DNA of 46,352 nucleotides from a virus (taxonomy: Duplodnaviria; Heunggongvirae; Uroviricota; Caudoviricetes). The notes under the pieces are model-generated. The model saw nothing but the letters and a program-made list of their open reading frames with translations, made no database searches and had not been told where the DNA came from. The stretch lies in the IMG/VR virus record IMGVR_UViG_3300035696_002535; one strand, given 5' to 3'. Below are positions 17,523 to 25,821 of this stretch, one piece after another. The translations under genes were made by a program, and so were the position numbers. Positions within the stretch are counted from its first letter, which is position 1, and every line of letters starts with the position of its first letter.

Positions 17523-18572
17523 TCACAGATCGTAATCGGTTATAAGGATAGCCTCTATCGGCTTGATATCCCTCACCGCATCTGCAAGTAGTTTTAATCC
17601 ATTAAGAGTATCAATATGGTAAGTAGTTACATACTTCTTATCTCCTATGGTCTTCGCCCACTCCTCTGGAGGAGGGCATCCGCAATGTCCAGCCACTCTT
17701 ACACTTTGTTTACCTTCTGGATCCTCGTAAAGTTTTTTGGCTATATCGAGTGGAACAGGTCCACTCACCACCCAATATGTCCAAGCTCGTCTGAAATTGA
17801 AGCCGTTGAGGTATCCAATATATGAATAAGGAACTTCACTATACTCGTGAGGCTCCAATACTCCAGGTATATCTGCCATTAAAAGCTCTGCTTTTATGTA
17901 TTCGTCACACTCATGACGCCCAGCCAGATTGGGCATGTGATAATCCTTGCCGTCATTCTTTATATGCTCTTGGCAGATCCTACGGGCTTGGAGTTTAACA
18001 CATGAATGGTGCCGGAAAATTCTGGTAGGGACATAGACCAAATCCCCTTCTTTAATGACCAGGTCATCTTTGAGATCCTTTTTTTCAAGCCATTTGTTAT
18101 CTCTCTTAAGATAGTCTCCCCAGAAAAGATATTGTATAGCCTTGTTTTTAACAAAATATTCTTTTAAGTCTTTGACAGTTTCTCCTACAAAAAGCTCTGT
18201 GGTTACCTTAACGGTGTCAGTAGTCACTTTGGCGTCTGCATGGTTTTTTATAGTCCATCCTTTTCCACAAACGTCGCAAAGCTGATCATAAGGTACTGGG
18301 CCGACTCCGCAGCTACCGGTTATGCTTTTCTCTTTAAAAAGAGAGTGATATTCGTCCAAGGTTAAAACTTTATACTTTTTCAAATCTTCAGGGCACTCGG
18401 TAATGGCCAAGCAATTACCGCAGGTATCCAACCACCAAGAACCCATGACTACAAATTGGGACAATTTTTCGTCACGCTCATATCCAGCTATACCTCTCTC
18501 TTTGACGAGTTCATTCAAGCCCTTCAGAGAAGCTATTGCTTCCAGGATGCCTTCTTTAGAATTGTAATCCAT
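17523..18572 (-). CDS. hypothetical protein; last codons (D-L-stop) come from the IS left end
   Basis: ORF track; junction analysis. Confidence 0.8.
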   Translation of the reverse strand: MDYNSKEGILEAIASLKGLNELVKERGIAGYERDEKLSQFVVMGSWWLDTCGNCLAITECPEDLKKYKVLTLDEYHSLFKEKSITGSCGVGPVPYDQLCDVCGKGWTIKNHADAKVTTDTVKVTTELFVGETVKDLKEYFVKNKAIQYLFWGDYLKRDNKWLEKKDLKDDLVIKEGDLVYVPTRIFRHHSCVKLQARRICQEHIKNDGKDYHMPNLAGRHECDEYIKAELLMADIPGVLEPHEYSEVPYSYIGYLNGFNFRRAWTYWVVSGPVPLDIAKKLYEDPEGKQSVRVAGHCGCPPPEEWAKTIGDKKYVTTYHIDTLNGLKLLADAVRDIKPIEAILITDYDL

Positions 18573-18584
18573 AGGAAATACCCC

Positions 18585-18887
18585 TTATCTTAATTGTCCA
18601 GTTTTCGCAAACTTTTCAAGCAAAGGAAGCAAGGATTTTACCATATCCTGAGTCAGGTGCATCCTGGTATTACAAACAGTATCCATTGGAAGAGGGACAG
18701 ATTGCCAGCCTTTTCCGGGGATACAAACTCTTGGATCGGGGTCATCACATCCGAGCCAGATACAAGCTTCTGAAGCTAACGATGACTCTTGTATAGAGCA
18801 CCCTGCTCCATATCTATCCACGAACTCCCCTCTAACGAATCCGCGTTCTGTCTTTCTGAGTTTAATTTTCTTTGAAAGTTTCGGCAT
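18585..18887 (-). CDS. hypothetical protein of a common phage type (RGF...DRYG..CSIQESSLA..CIWLG...RMHL)
   Basis: Motif recognised from memory. Confidence 0.75.
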   Translation of the reverse strand: MPKLSKKIKLRKTERGFVRGEFVDRYGAGCSIQESSLASEACIWLGCDDPDPRVCIPGKGWQSVPLPMDTVCNTRMHLTQDMVKSLLPLLEKFAKTGQLR

Positions 18888-18938
18888 AGTCGACCTCTTT
18901 TTCTGTTACATCTTCAAATAGGACAATGTCACCACGAT

Positions 18939-19223
18939 TTATTCTTTTCTTTCTATCGTCGTTACTGTGGGCAAGGGCAGCATACCACACCTATTGGCTT
19001 TGGTACTCCACCAGGCACATCTTTCCCGAGTACAATAAATATTATCCCTTAGCGGACACAACTTCAACTTCTCTTCGTAATCAGGGAAAAACTGAAGGAG
19101 AGCTCGTTGAACGGCTTCGCTAAAAATGTCCGTGCTTGGTAGATCTTTTCCTCTTTCCTTCGCCAGAGTAAGATAGTTATCTAGTGCTATTTCAGCTATT
19201 GCAAGTCTTGTTTCTGGCGTCAT
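18939..19223 (-). CDS. hypothetical protein
   Basis: ORF track. Confidence 0.7.
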   Translation of the reverse strand: MTPETRLAIAEIALDNYLTLAKERGKDLPSTDIFSEAVQRALLQFFPDYEEKLKLCPLRDNIYCTRERCAWWSTKANRCGMLPLPTVTTIERKE

Positions 19224-19233
19224 ACATCAACTC

Positions 19234-19905
19234 CTATTCGTGAGGACTTTCACAAGGCACCACTTCAGTAACCACGCCTTGTCTATTCAGTTGACTTACA
19301 ATCTTCTGCTGTTGTGAAGGACTGACATCCGCTTCGAATTCCACAATTGATTGCGTCCCAGATAGTGATACCCTGAAATGGCTCATTGTTATTTTTAACC
19401 CCGCCAATAGTTGCTGGATTTCAGTGGCTACATTATCTGCATGACTTGTAGTGAACCTGAATGCCATGATACATGATTTTAAATTCAGAACGTTTTCACC
19501 CCAAAACAAAAATACCAATGCAAATAAAACTAGTCCAGTAGCGGTTGCACCGACCTTAAACAAACCTCCTCCGCATGCCATACCTATAGCTGCTTCTACA
19601 AAGATGGTTGCAGCGGTAGTCATCCCTGTCAGTCCACCATACCCCGCTCTATCTCGAAGGATGGCACCAGCTCCCAAAAATCCAATACCTGGGATGATTT
19701 CGGCTGCGATACGAGTGAAGTTTTCGTCCCCCCACAGCTTCGACAGTTCGTAAGAGAGGACGGTAAATAGGGCAGAGCCTAGACAGACAAACATGCTTGT
19801 GCGAACACCTGCAGGACGTCGGTGTAGGTCTCTCTCGGTGCCTATGGCTATACCCATAACACCAGCAAACAGCAGTCTCAGGAGGATCTGGCTGTATGAG
19901 AGCAT
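19234..19905 (-). CDS. mgtC: MgtC/SapB-family membrane protein with C-terminal ACT-like domain
   Basis: IGTERDLHRRPAGVRT, RIAAEIIPGIGFLGAGAIL, GMTTAATIF. Confidence 0.9.
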   Translation of the reverse strand: MLSYSQILLRLLFAGVMGIAIGTERDLHRRPAGVRTSMFVCLGSALFTVLSYELSKLWGDENFTRIAAEIIPGIGFLGAGAILRDRAGYGGLTGMTTAATIFVEAAIGMACGGGLFKVGATATGLVLFALVFLFWGENVLNLKSCIMAFRFTTSHADNVATEIQQLLAGLKITMSHFRVSLSGTQSIVEFEADVSPSQQQKIVSQLNRQGVVTEVVPCESPHE

Positions 19906-19907
19906 TG

Positions 19908-20489
19908 TTATGCGTGCTCACACTGAGCCAGAGGTACCCGTTCTTCCGGGGGCATGCCTTTTGTAATGTTCGTGGGGATATAAACCACGGCGTAATCTCC
20001 GTCCAGACGTATCACGGATCCCGATGCTCCCTCATTCCTGGAGAAATTGAGATCGCTTTGTACATGCTGGCCGATACGCACATTTACCCCAGGTTGAACC
20101 CAAGACACATCCTCCGACTTTTGGACACTCATAAGAGTTTCCTTTCTCTTCTTATATAACTCAGGATTCTTGGCATATCTTTTAAGATCATCGACGGCCT
20201 TGTTTGTCTTTTCTCTAACCCGGTTTTCCCCGCGATAAGTATCAAGGAGCTTCGTGGTTATCCCTTCCTCGACACACTTGACGCACAACTGAACCAGTTT
20301 ATGTACATAGAAAGTCTTTCTTTTCTTGTAGTTGTAGTGTGCACATTTATCAATTAAGTATCCTTTTAAACAGAGGCTGTCTTTGGGTATCTCCTTATCA
20401 CATTCAGTGCATTTTCTTTTTCCTCTCGCCAGCTCTACACGAAAATTAGAAATCCCATATACATGAAAAAATCTTTTTGTCTTTTTCAT
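19908..20489 (-). CDS. hypothetical protein with zinc ribbon
   Basis: CTEC...CVKC; own promoter. Confidence 0.75.
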   Translation of the reverse strand: MKKTKRFFHVYGISNFRVELARGKRKCTECDKEIPKDSLCLKGYLIDKCAHYNYKKRKTFYVHKLVQLCVKCVEEGITTKLLDTYRGENRVREKTNKAVDDLKRYAKNPELYKKRKETLMSVQKSEDVSWVQPGVNVRIGQHVQSDLNFSRNEGASGSVIRLDGDYAVVYIPTNITKGMPPEERVPLAQCEHA

Positions 20490-20519
20490 CAGCTTCCCTC
20501 GAATCTATCCGTCCTATAC

Positions 20520-20548
20520 AATATACTTTTTTAGAATAACGAATCCAA
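20520..20548 (-). promoter_or_regulatory. recurrent promoter TTGGAT-17-TATATT
   Basis: Read directly. Confidence 0.75.
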
Positions 20549-20573
20549 CAAGTTTTTAATATATTTTAAAACT

Positions 20574-20831
20574 CTATGAGATGGCGGGTTCTTCGTGAGT
20601 TTTGTTGATGGTGATCCTAATTTGTTTTATGCCAGATATCTCTCTTGAGCAGTTATGAATAAGCTTAGCTATTGACACAAGATCATTTGCTTCGTACGTA
20701 TTTTCTGGAAATCCGTGTTTTATTGCTTCTTCTGTAAATACATCAATAGTATAAGTACCTGGATGAAAACTGCCATAACCTAAATTAGCGACTGTCATGT
20801 GACTGTCACACTTTCCTTGTTGGGTTGTCAT
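20574..20831 (-). CDS. hypothetical protein (start moved to MTTQQGK)
   Basis: ORF track; overlap logic. Confidence 0.6.
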   Translation of the reverse strand: MTTQQGKCDSHMTVANLGYGSFHPGTYTIDVFTEEAIKHGFPENTYEANDLVSIAKLIHNCSREISGIKQIRITINKTHEEPAIS

Positions 20832-21000
20832 AGTATCTGCACCAGAAAAATTTTTTGCACGTATCGCATATGATATCCCCTTTGCATACGAAATCAGGAT
20901 CATTTAAGACAGGATCACTTGTCCAAGATAACTTATGTCTGGGATGTGTGACTTTGTGCCAGATGGCACTGATACGAGCAAGTACCCCGTCAATATTCAT
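20806..21000 (-). CDS. hypothetical protein (start moved to MNIDGVL)
   Basis: ORF track; 1 nt after the ARH stop. Confidence 0.6.
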   Translation of the reverse strand: MNIDGVLARISAIWHKVTHPRHKLSWTSDPVLNDPDFVCKGDIICDTCKKFFWCRYYDNPTRKV

Positions 21001-21001
21001 G

Positions 21002-21799
21002 TCATACCGCCTTTGTATGAATCTTATATTTCTTGTTAAAATCACGGATTATTATTCGGAACTCATTGGGTAACATTTTTATAACTGGAACTGCTAGGCT
21101 CTTCGGGATCTCATCATAGTAAGCCTGGGCTATAGCCCCTGAGATGCAAGCTTGGGTATCTGTATCCCCTCCTAAGGATATCGCCAGTCTTATGGTATCT
21201 TCATAATCATGCCCATCTAGAAAAGCGATAATCGCTTCTGGGACAGACTCCTGGCAGGCACTAGTGAAGTGGTAGTGAGGTCGAATTTGATCACAGGTTC
21301 TGTTTAAATCGTATCCAAAAGTCTTTGTCAGGATGCTACGGATCTCTTCCTTGGGAAGTTTTAAGCGTGCTAGGTATACAGCCAGAGCCGCTGCCTGAGC
21401 TCCTTTGATACCTTCTGGATGACCGTGGGTTACATGGGCGCTTCTTTCAGCTTCCTTAAGCACATCGTCCGGGGTCTCAAAAGCCCATCCTACTGGACTT
21501 ACTCTCATTGCACAGCCATTTCCAAAGCTGTTGATAGGCTCTATGGTGTCAGCTTTTACCCATTCTCGAAAAGCGGAACCGTAGCCTCTGTTTGGATACT
21601 TACGTGCATAGGATTTATACAAAGTGGCGTAGTCTCCACCGATGAGGAGCGCCTCAGAAGTGGCAACGGTTAAAACAGAATCATCAGTAAAGGTTGCCTT
21701 GAAAACATCATTCGTAACGAACATAGGAAAGTCATACTTTTTGAATCCTTGATGCTCAAAAATACTTCCTGCGACGTCTCCAATGATTCCGCCTATCAT
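21002..21799 (-). CDS. ADP-ribosylglycohydrolase (DraG/ARH family)
   Basis: GGIIGDVAGS, FTDDS, SFGNGCAMR, LGGDTDT. Confidence 0.9.
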   Translation of the reverse strand: MIGGIIGDVAGSIFEHQGFKKYDFPMFVTNDVFKATFTDDSVLTVATSEALLIGGDYATLYKSYARKYPNRGYGSAFREWVKADTIEPINSFGNGCAMRVSPVGWAFETPDDVLKEAERSAHVTHGHPEGIKGAQAAALAVYLARLKLPKEEIRSILTKTFGYDLNRTCDQIRPHYHFTSACQESVPEAIIAFLDGHDYEDTIRLAISLGGDTDTQACISGAIAQAYYDEIPKSLAVPVIKMLPNEFRIIIRDFNKKYKIHTKAV

Positions 21800-21966
21800 T
21801 TTTTCTCCTTCAGAATTTTGTCTATTTCTTTATTAATTTCTTCGGTAGTAACAAGCTCATCTTGTACAGAAACAAACTTCATTTTTCTTCCAGACTTTTT
21901 CTCGATATATTTTCGTAAATCATTAGGGCACATTTCCTGCTTAATGAAAAATTCCCAGTAAGTCAT
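21796..21966 (-). CDS. hypothetical protein (56 aa, MTYWEFFIKQEMCPN...)
   Basis: Hand translation; ATGA overlap. Confidence 0.6.
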   Translation of the reverse strand: MTYWEFFIKQEMCPNDLRKYIEKKSGRKMKFVSVQDELVTTEEINKEIDKILKEKK

Positions 21967-21969
21967 AGT

Positions 21970-22284
21970 TTAGTCCCAGTCTCTCGTGGCTATAAGCATA
22001 GCTCGCTCGGTGTCATCACGTTCTTTTCTTGTTTTTTCAATTTCTTTTTCTATTTTTGCAATTTTCCAAGTCATCCACGTTGTGTTTATAGCAAAAATTA
22101 TAGTGGCGATAAGCATAAAAAAAGATAGTGTGTGGTGTTTATATCCATAGATAGCCGTCGTAGCTATCAGAATAGAGAGTAACGATAAGTTGACACAGAG
22201 AAAACCTTTCCGTGAGTTAAAGAATTCTTTTATTTTATGCGTTTTTGGTTCAGAAAGATTTAAATGTTCTAGAGCGCTTTTCAT
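21970..22284 (-). CDS. membrane protein (2 TM)
   Basis: ORF track; hydrophobic segments. Confidence 0.75.
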   Translation of the reverse strand: MKSALEHLNLSEPKTHKIKEFFNSRKGFLCVNLSLLSILIATTAIYGYKHHTLSFFMLIATIIFAINTTWMTWKIAKIEKEIEKTRKERDDTERAMLIATRDWD

Positions 22285-22323
22285 TTTACAACCTCCTGTT
22301 TTTGATGCTATTCCTGATTGATG

Positions 22324-22608
22324 TTATTCCTGAGAAGCTTCAGGAGTCTTCTCTGGGAGCTCTATCACTTCTTCTTTGGCTTTGACTTTCGAAATAAGGA
22401 TATCTTCTTCTTTGATTCCAAGCTTATTAAGACAGGCTCTAGCTTCCGAAGACACTTCCTTCTCAAGATTCCTGCAGGTGCAGGCGATATCTCTGAAAGC
22501 TTTTTTTGCCTTATCTAGATCTTTTGCAGCGGTATACTTTTCGAGGTTCTTGAGTCTGCGTACGATAGCGGCTTCTTGACGACTGCTTTTTCTGTTTTCA
22601 CCCTTCAT
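22324..22608 (-). CDS. hypothetical protein
   Basis: ORF track; SD GGAGG. Confidence 0.75.
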   Translation of the reverse strand: MKGENRKSSRQEAAIVRRLKNLEKYTAAKDLDKAKKAFRDIACTCRNLEKEVSSEARACLNKLGIKEEDILISKVKAKEEVIELPEKTPEASQE

Positions 22609-22664
22609 TGTTTCCTCCGGGTTGTAGGTTGCATACGGAGCATTCTTCTCAGTTTTTAAAAGTT

Positions 22665-22973
22665 TTAAAGCCCCACAGCTACAACTTTTTTTAAAAGTTT
22701 TTTAAACTCTTTCTCATAGCCTGGGCGTACGTTGACTTGATAGTCGTAATCACTATCGCCATGGTCTTTGCCCTTATTAAAACATCTAAAATCTTGAATA
22801 ATTGCTGATACAGGGACTCCCATGTCTATCTGCAGAAATGTCGTGTGGTCTTTTGTAAGAATTTCCCACCACTTACCTGAGCTATTAAAATCCCATGTTG
22901 TCTCGTAGCCAAGTTTCTGAAAAAATTCAGAGACATCGCTAGCTTTTTCTTTAATGACTTCCTTAATATCCAC
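22665..22973 (-). CDS. hypothetical protein
   Basis: GTG start; SD GGAGG. Confidence 0.75.
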   Translation of the reverse strand: MDIKEVIKEKASDVSEFFQKLGYETTWDFNSSGKWWEILTKDHTTFLQIDMGVPVSAIIQDFRCFNKGKDHGDSDYDYQVNVRPGYEKEFKKLLKKVVAVGL

Positions 22974-22993
22974 TTTTCCTCCAAGTTGTAGGT

Positions 22994-23278
22994 TTAGTTG
23001 TGTCTGTGTTTTGGTCTCAAATCCTTAAACGTAGTGCAATCCCAAAACACCTTCCATCTGTTTTTATAGAGCCCAGTAGTATCACACTGGGACAAGCCTG
23101 GGGATTCGACTTTGTCGACGATAGCCTGAGCTACTTCCTCGCCTTCTATCATAAAATGGATTGTATCCCCTTCTTTAGCCTTAACGGGAAACCTGAAAGC
23201 CCAAAATTCATGAGTAGTCCCAGGAGGCTCTTGCTCCCAGAAGTGATCTACGACATTAAGAGGTACGTTTATTTTCAT
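22994..23278 (-). CDS. hypothetical protein, possibly ASCH/PUA-like
   Basis: W.FR...K.GDTIHF......VAQAIV pattern. Confidence 0.45.
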   Translation of the reverse strand: MKINVPLNVVDHFWEQEPPGTTHEFWAFRFPVKAKEGDTIHFMIEGEEVAQAIVDKVESPGLSQCDTTGLYKNRWKVFWDCTTFKDLRPKHRHN

Positions 23279-23298
23279 TTTGGTCCCAAATCTTCACA

Positions 23299-23991
23299 TT
23301 ATTCTTCATTATTACATTGGCAATGAGGATCCTTTTTCCAACAGCTTTTACAATAGTCCCCAGTAATCTCTGCTCTTTGTTCATCCGTAAGAGCAGCAAA
23401 AGCCTCTTTAACTATTGAGAGGTCCAAAGCACGGTTGCCTATGTTTTTAATAAACTCTTTAGGCACCTTATCCGTCATCCAAACACCGTTCTCTGATAAA
23501 TAAAACAAATAACCAGCCTCATCCATCTTTTTACTATCTATAACAAGCACGACTGGCTTCCCGTGTCTTGATCCTACTTTGTATGCTGTTTCATAATTTA
23601 ACGAAAGATGCACGAACTGTCTGCCTTTTTTCTCTAGACCTGTACTCCTTATAGCATCTAAAAACTTAATGGAAGTCCCGTGATAAAGTACGTCCGGGGG
23701 AACTTCAGGACTTAATCCAAGATCCACTTTCAGGGAATGCCCCTGGACTGCCCTTATCATCTGTTTATCTTCGCTGAAAGCGAATCTCTTTTTTTCGTTT
23801 GTATTGACAATCTCCTCTAATATGTCACGATTAAACGGCTCAGTACCACAAATTCCCTGAGCATTAGCCAGAGCAATCAGACTATTAACAGAAGCCCACC
23901 CGTTTGCATCCAGAGTGAGTCCTATGGCTTCTGGCTTATGTCGAAGGACTAGACTGAGAAATTTACTTCGAGATACTAATTCTGGCCTCAT
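23299..23991 (-). CDS. kptA: RNA 2'-phosphotransferase Tpt1/KptA with short Cys-rich C-terminal extension
   Basis: SKFLSLVLRHKP, KKRF, IRAVQGHS, LYHGT, FVHLS, NGVWMTD; start moved to MRPELV. Confidence 0.92.
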   Translation of the reverse strand: MRPELVSRSKFLSLVLRHKPEAIGLTLDANGWASVNSLIALANAQGICGTEPFNRDILEEIVNTNEKKRFAFSEDKQMIRAVQGHSLKVDLGLSPEVPPDVLYHGTSIKFLDAIRSTGLEKKGRQFVHLSLNYETAYKVGSRHGKPVVLVIDSKKMDEAGYLFYLSENGVWMTDKVPKEFIKNIGNRALDLSIVKEAFAALTDEQRAEITGDYCKSCWKKDPHCQCNNEE

Positions 23992-24002
23992 AAAAATCCC
24001 TG

Positions 24003-24335
24003 TTACCAAATGTCTCCCCATTTTTTTGTGAATAACGAAAAGACAGCTTTGATTATGTTTAACCCTACAAAAAACAAAATGGACCAAATAGTTCCAAATA
24101 CGGGATAATACAAAAGAAAAAATATTACCGCTGCAATTCCCGGTAACTTATCAACCCATTTTCCAAAAGAGGTACGTTCGGTTTCACGGTAATAATAACC
24201 TGTTTCGGTACCAAAAATAGATATATAGGGGGTATCATATTTTATCCAATGCCCCCCAGTTATTTTTGTCAGCAATGAGGCGGGAGTCCAATCATTTTTC
24301 CATAAGAACTTAAAAAGCTTTTTGATATTGTTCAT
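24003..24335 (-). CDS. membrane protein
   Basis: ORF track. Confidence 0.7.
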   Translation of the reverse strand: MNNIKKLFKFLWKNDWTPASLLTKITGGHWIKYDTPYISIFGTETGYYYRETERTSFGKWVDKLPGIAAVIFFLLYYPVFGTIWSILFFVGLNIIKAVFSLFTKKWGDIW

Positions 24336-24580
24336 GATTTTCTCTCTTTCAACTTAAGCTTCTTTTCTAGATCGAGCTCCGGAAAAGTAAAAAACCCTCC
24401 ATCAAATTTGTTCCCACTGGCCGCTATCGAAAATTTCTTGCCATCTCTGTAAATTTCAAGGATCTCTGTGGGATCATTGTCTATGTATACAATCTTGTCT
24501 GCCTTAATGAAATCTCCAAAAGCTTCCAGAAAAAGATGAAAGCCTTCAAAACGCGAATGGACAGGACCTTCGAGAAGCAT
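24332..24580 (-). CDS. hypothetical protein
   Basis: ORF track; ATGA overlap. Confidence 0.7.
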   Translation of the reverse strand: MLLEGPVHSRFEGFHLFLEAFGDFIKADKIVYIDNDPTEILEIYRDGKKFSIAASGNKFDGGFFTFPELDLEKKLKLKERKS

Positions 24581-24678
24581 AGTGCCCCCTTTTATTCATT
24601 GTTTTTTAATTAGTTTTTTAACTAGCTTGACTTTTCTTTCGAGGTTTAGAATAGCTAAACACGCTTACATTCCCTTCA

Positions 24679-25038
24679 TCACGATATGTTATTTTTCGAA
24701 ATATCTACCTCAAAATGAGAAGCTACCCGTCGTGCACGCTGTATAAGTGCCGCCATATAAGCTGAATTCAAACTAAACATTTCTCCTACGGTTGCGATTT
24801 CTTTACATATATCAACAGCTTCTCCACTGACATCTTTCATGAAAGCCATGTTTTCCAGACTCTCCTTTTTGGTATCCTTCTCAAGTTCTGGTTCTTCTTC
24901 GTTTCTAGCTCCATTTTCTTTTTCGTTGAGGTACTTGATAATATTAGCCACACCATTGGCCGTCTTCCAGAGTAAAACACCATCTGAGTCGTTTATGCTT
25001 GGTTTTTCAAATTTTTTTATCATTTTTCTCCCTAACAA
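24679..25038 (-). CDS. hypothetical protein
   Basis: ORF track. Confidence 0.65.
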   Translation of the reverse strand: MLGRKMIKKFEKPSINDSDGVLLWKTANGVANIIKYLNEKENGARNEEEPELEKDTKKESLENMAFMKDVSGEAVDICKEIATVGEMFSLNSAYMAALIQRARRVASHFEVDISKNNIS

Positions 25039-25074
25039 AATGTTAATTAAGCGTATTTACATTTCTTTTTCATT

Positions 25075-25347
25075 TTATGCTAATGCTTTGTCTATGGTTA
25101 ATCTCCATTGAAAAGTTAGCGACATTTTAGGAGTAACTGTAATCATGAGGTGCTTGGGTATCTTTCGCATAGCATAGACCTCTCCGTCATCCCCAATAAG
25201 CTCTATCTTTTCAAAAACGTAGCCAGTGGTTGGTGATTTAAACTCACCGATGTCATCGATAATCACGCTAGCCTCATCAACCTGCTCCATGTGCTTAACT
25301 GGAGCTTCCAGCTCAGAGTTTCCATTTATTCTCATTTTGTAGTTCAC
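25075..25347 (-). CDS. hypothetical protein
   Basis: ORF track. Confidence 0.7.
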   Translation of the reverse strand: MNYKMRINGNSELEAPVKHMEQVDEASVIIDDIGEFKSPTTGYVFEKIELIGDDGEVYAMRKIPKHLMITVTPKMSLTFQWRLTIDKALA

Positions 25348-25652
25348 GCAGACTCCTTGTTTCTAGATTTCTTGATCCACTTATCGAGCTTCCTATCTCT
25401 AACCGCCACAGATGTTTTTTCGTCTACATTTAGCTGATATAAAATGGAGCCAGCTGTGATGATGACATCCCAGGTCTCTTCGACAACATCAGCCAAAGCC
25501 TTGTTTTTATATGAGCATCCCGGGGCTTCCGTGAATGACAATACAGCCTCGGCTACTTCCCCACACTCCTCAGACAGTTTTAATGCCTTCTGAGTCAGAG
25601 ATTTTGGATCGTACTTGCTGGCTTCGAAAATCTTTTTCATTGTGTTCTTCAC
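25344..25652 (-). CDS. mazG: MazG-like NTP pyrophosphohydrolase
   Basis: KLSEECGEVAEA...VVEETWDVII; GTG start after AAGGAG. Confidence 0.8.
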   Translation of the reverse strand: MKNTMKKIFEASKYDPKSLTQKALKLSEECGEVAEAVLSFTEAPGCSYKNKALADVVEETWDVIITAGSILYQLNVDEKTSVAVRDRKLDKWIKKSRNKESA

Positions 25653-25676
25653 ACTGTCTCCTTGTGTACATAAACA

Positions 25677-25817
25677 AGGCTGCATTGTCCGGTTCCCGAT
25701 TCTCCACGGACCTTACCCCTTCTGCAACGTCCATGTTATCGTTGCGTTATAGGATCCAAACCGCTAACGACGGGGTTGTGCAATTTATGAATCGTATCTT
25801 CTACACTAATGCAGCCC
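25677..25817 (-). ncRNA. candidate structured RNA / cis-regulator with possible pseudoknot
   Basis: GGCUGCAUU/AAUGCAGCC, CGAUUC/GAAUCG, CAUGGAC/GUCCGUG, GUCGUU/AACGAU; ACCCC pairs with loop GGGGU. Confidence 0.6.
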
Positions 25818-25821
25818 ATTT

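Larger units (their letters stand above)
16179..17531 (-). mobile_element. IS200/IS605-family element without tnpA (RHH gene + tnpB pseudogene), inserted after TTAC
   Basis: LE hairpin cccacggctttagccgtggg, RE hairpin cccccgactttagtcggggg; LE identical over 57 nt to 32680-32736; excision restores a clean gene end. Confidence 0.85.

Noticed and set aside
23992-24087. Longer KptA N-terminus from the ORF track
   Set aside because: Overlaps the upstream gene; family motifs start at MRPELV (23991)
25649-25819. ORF MGCISVEDT...* with an internal TAA
   Set aside because: Interrupted and not protein-like; better explained as structured RNA
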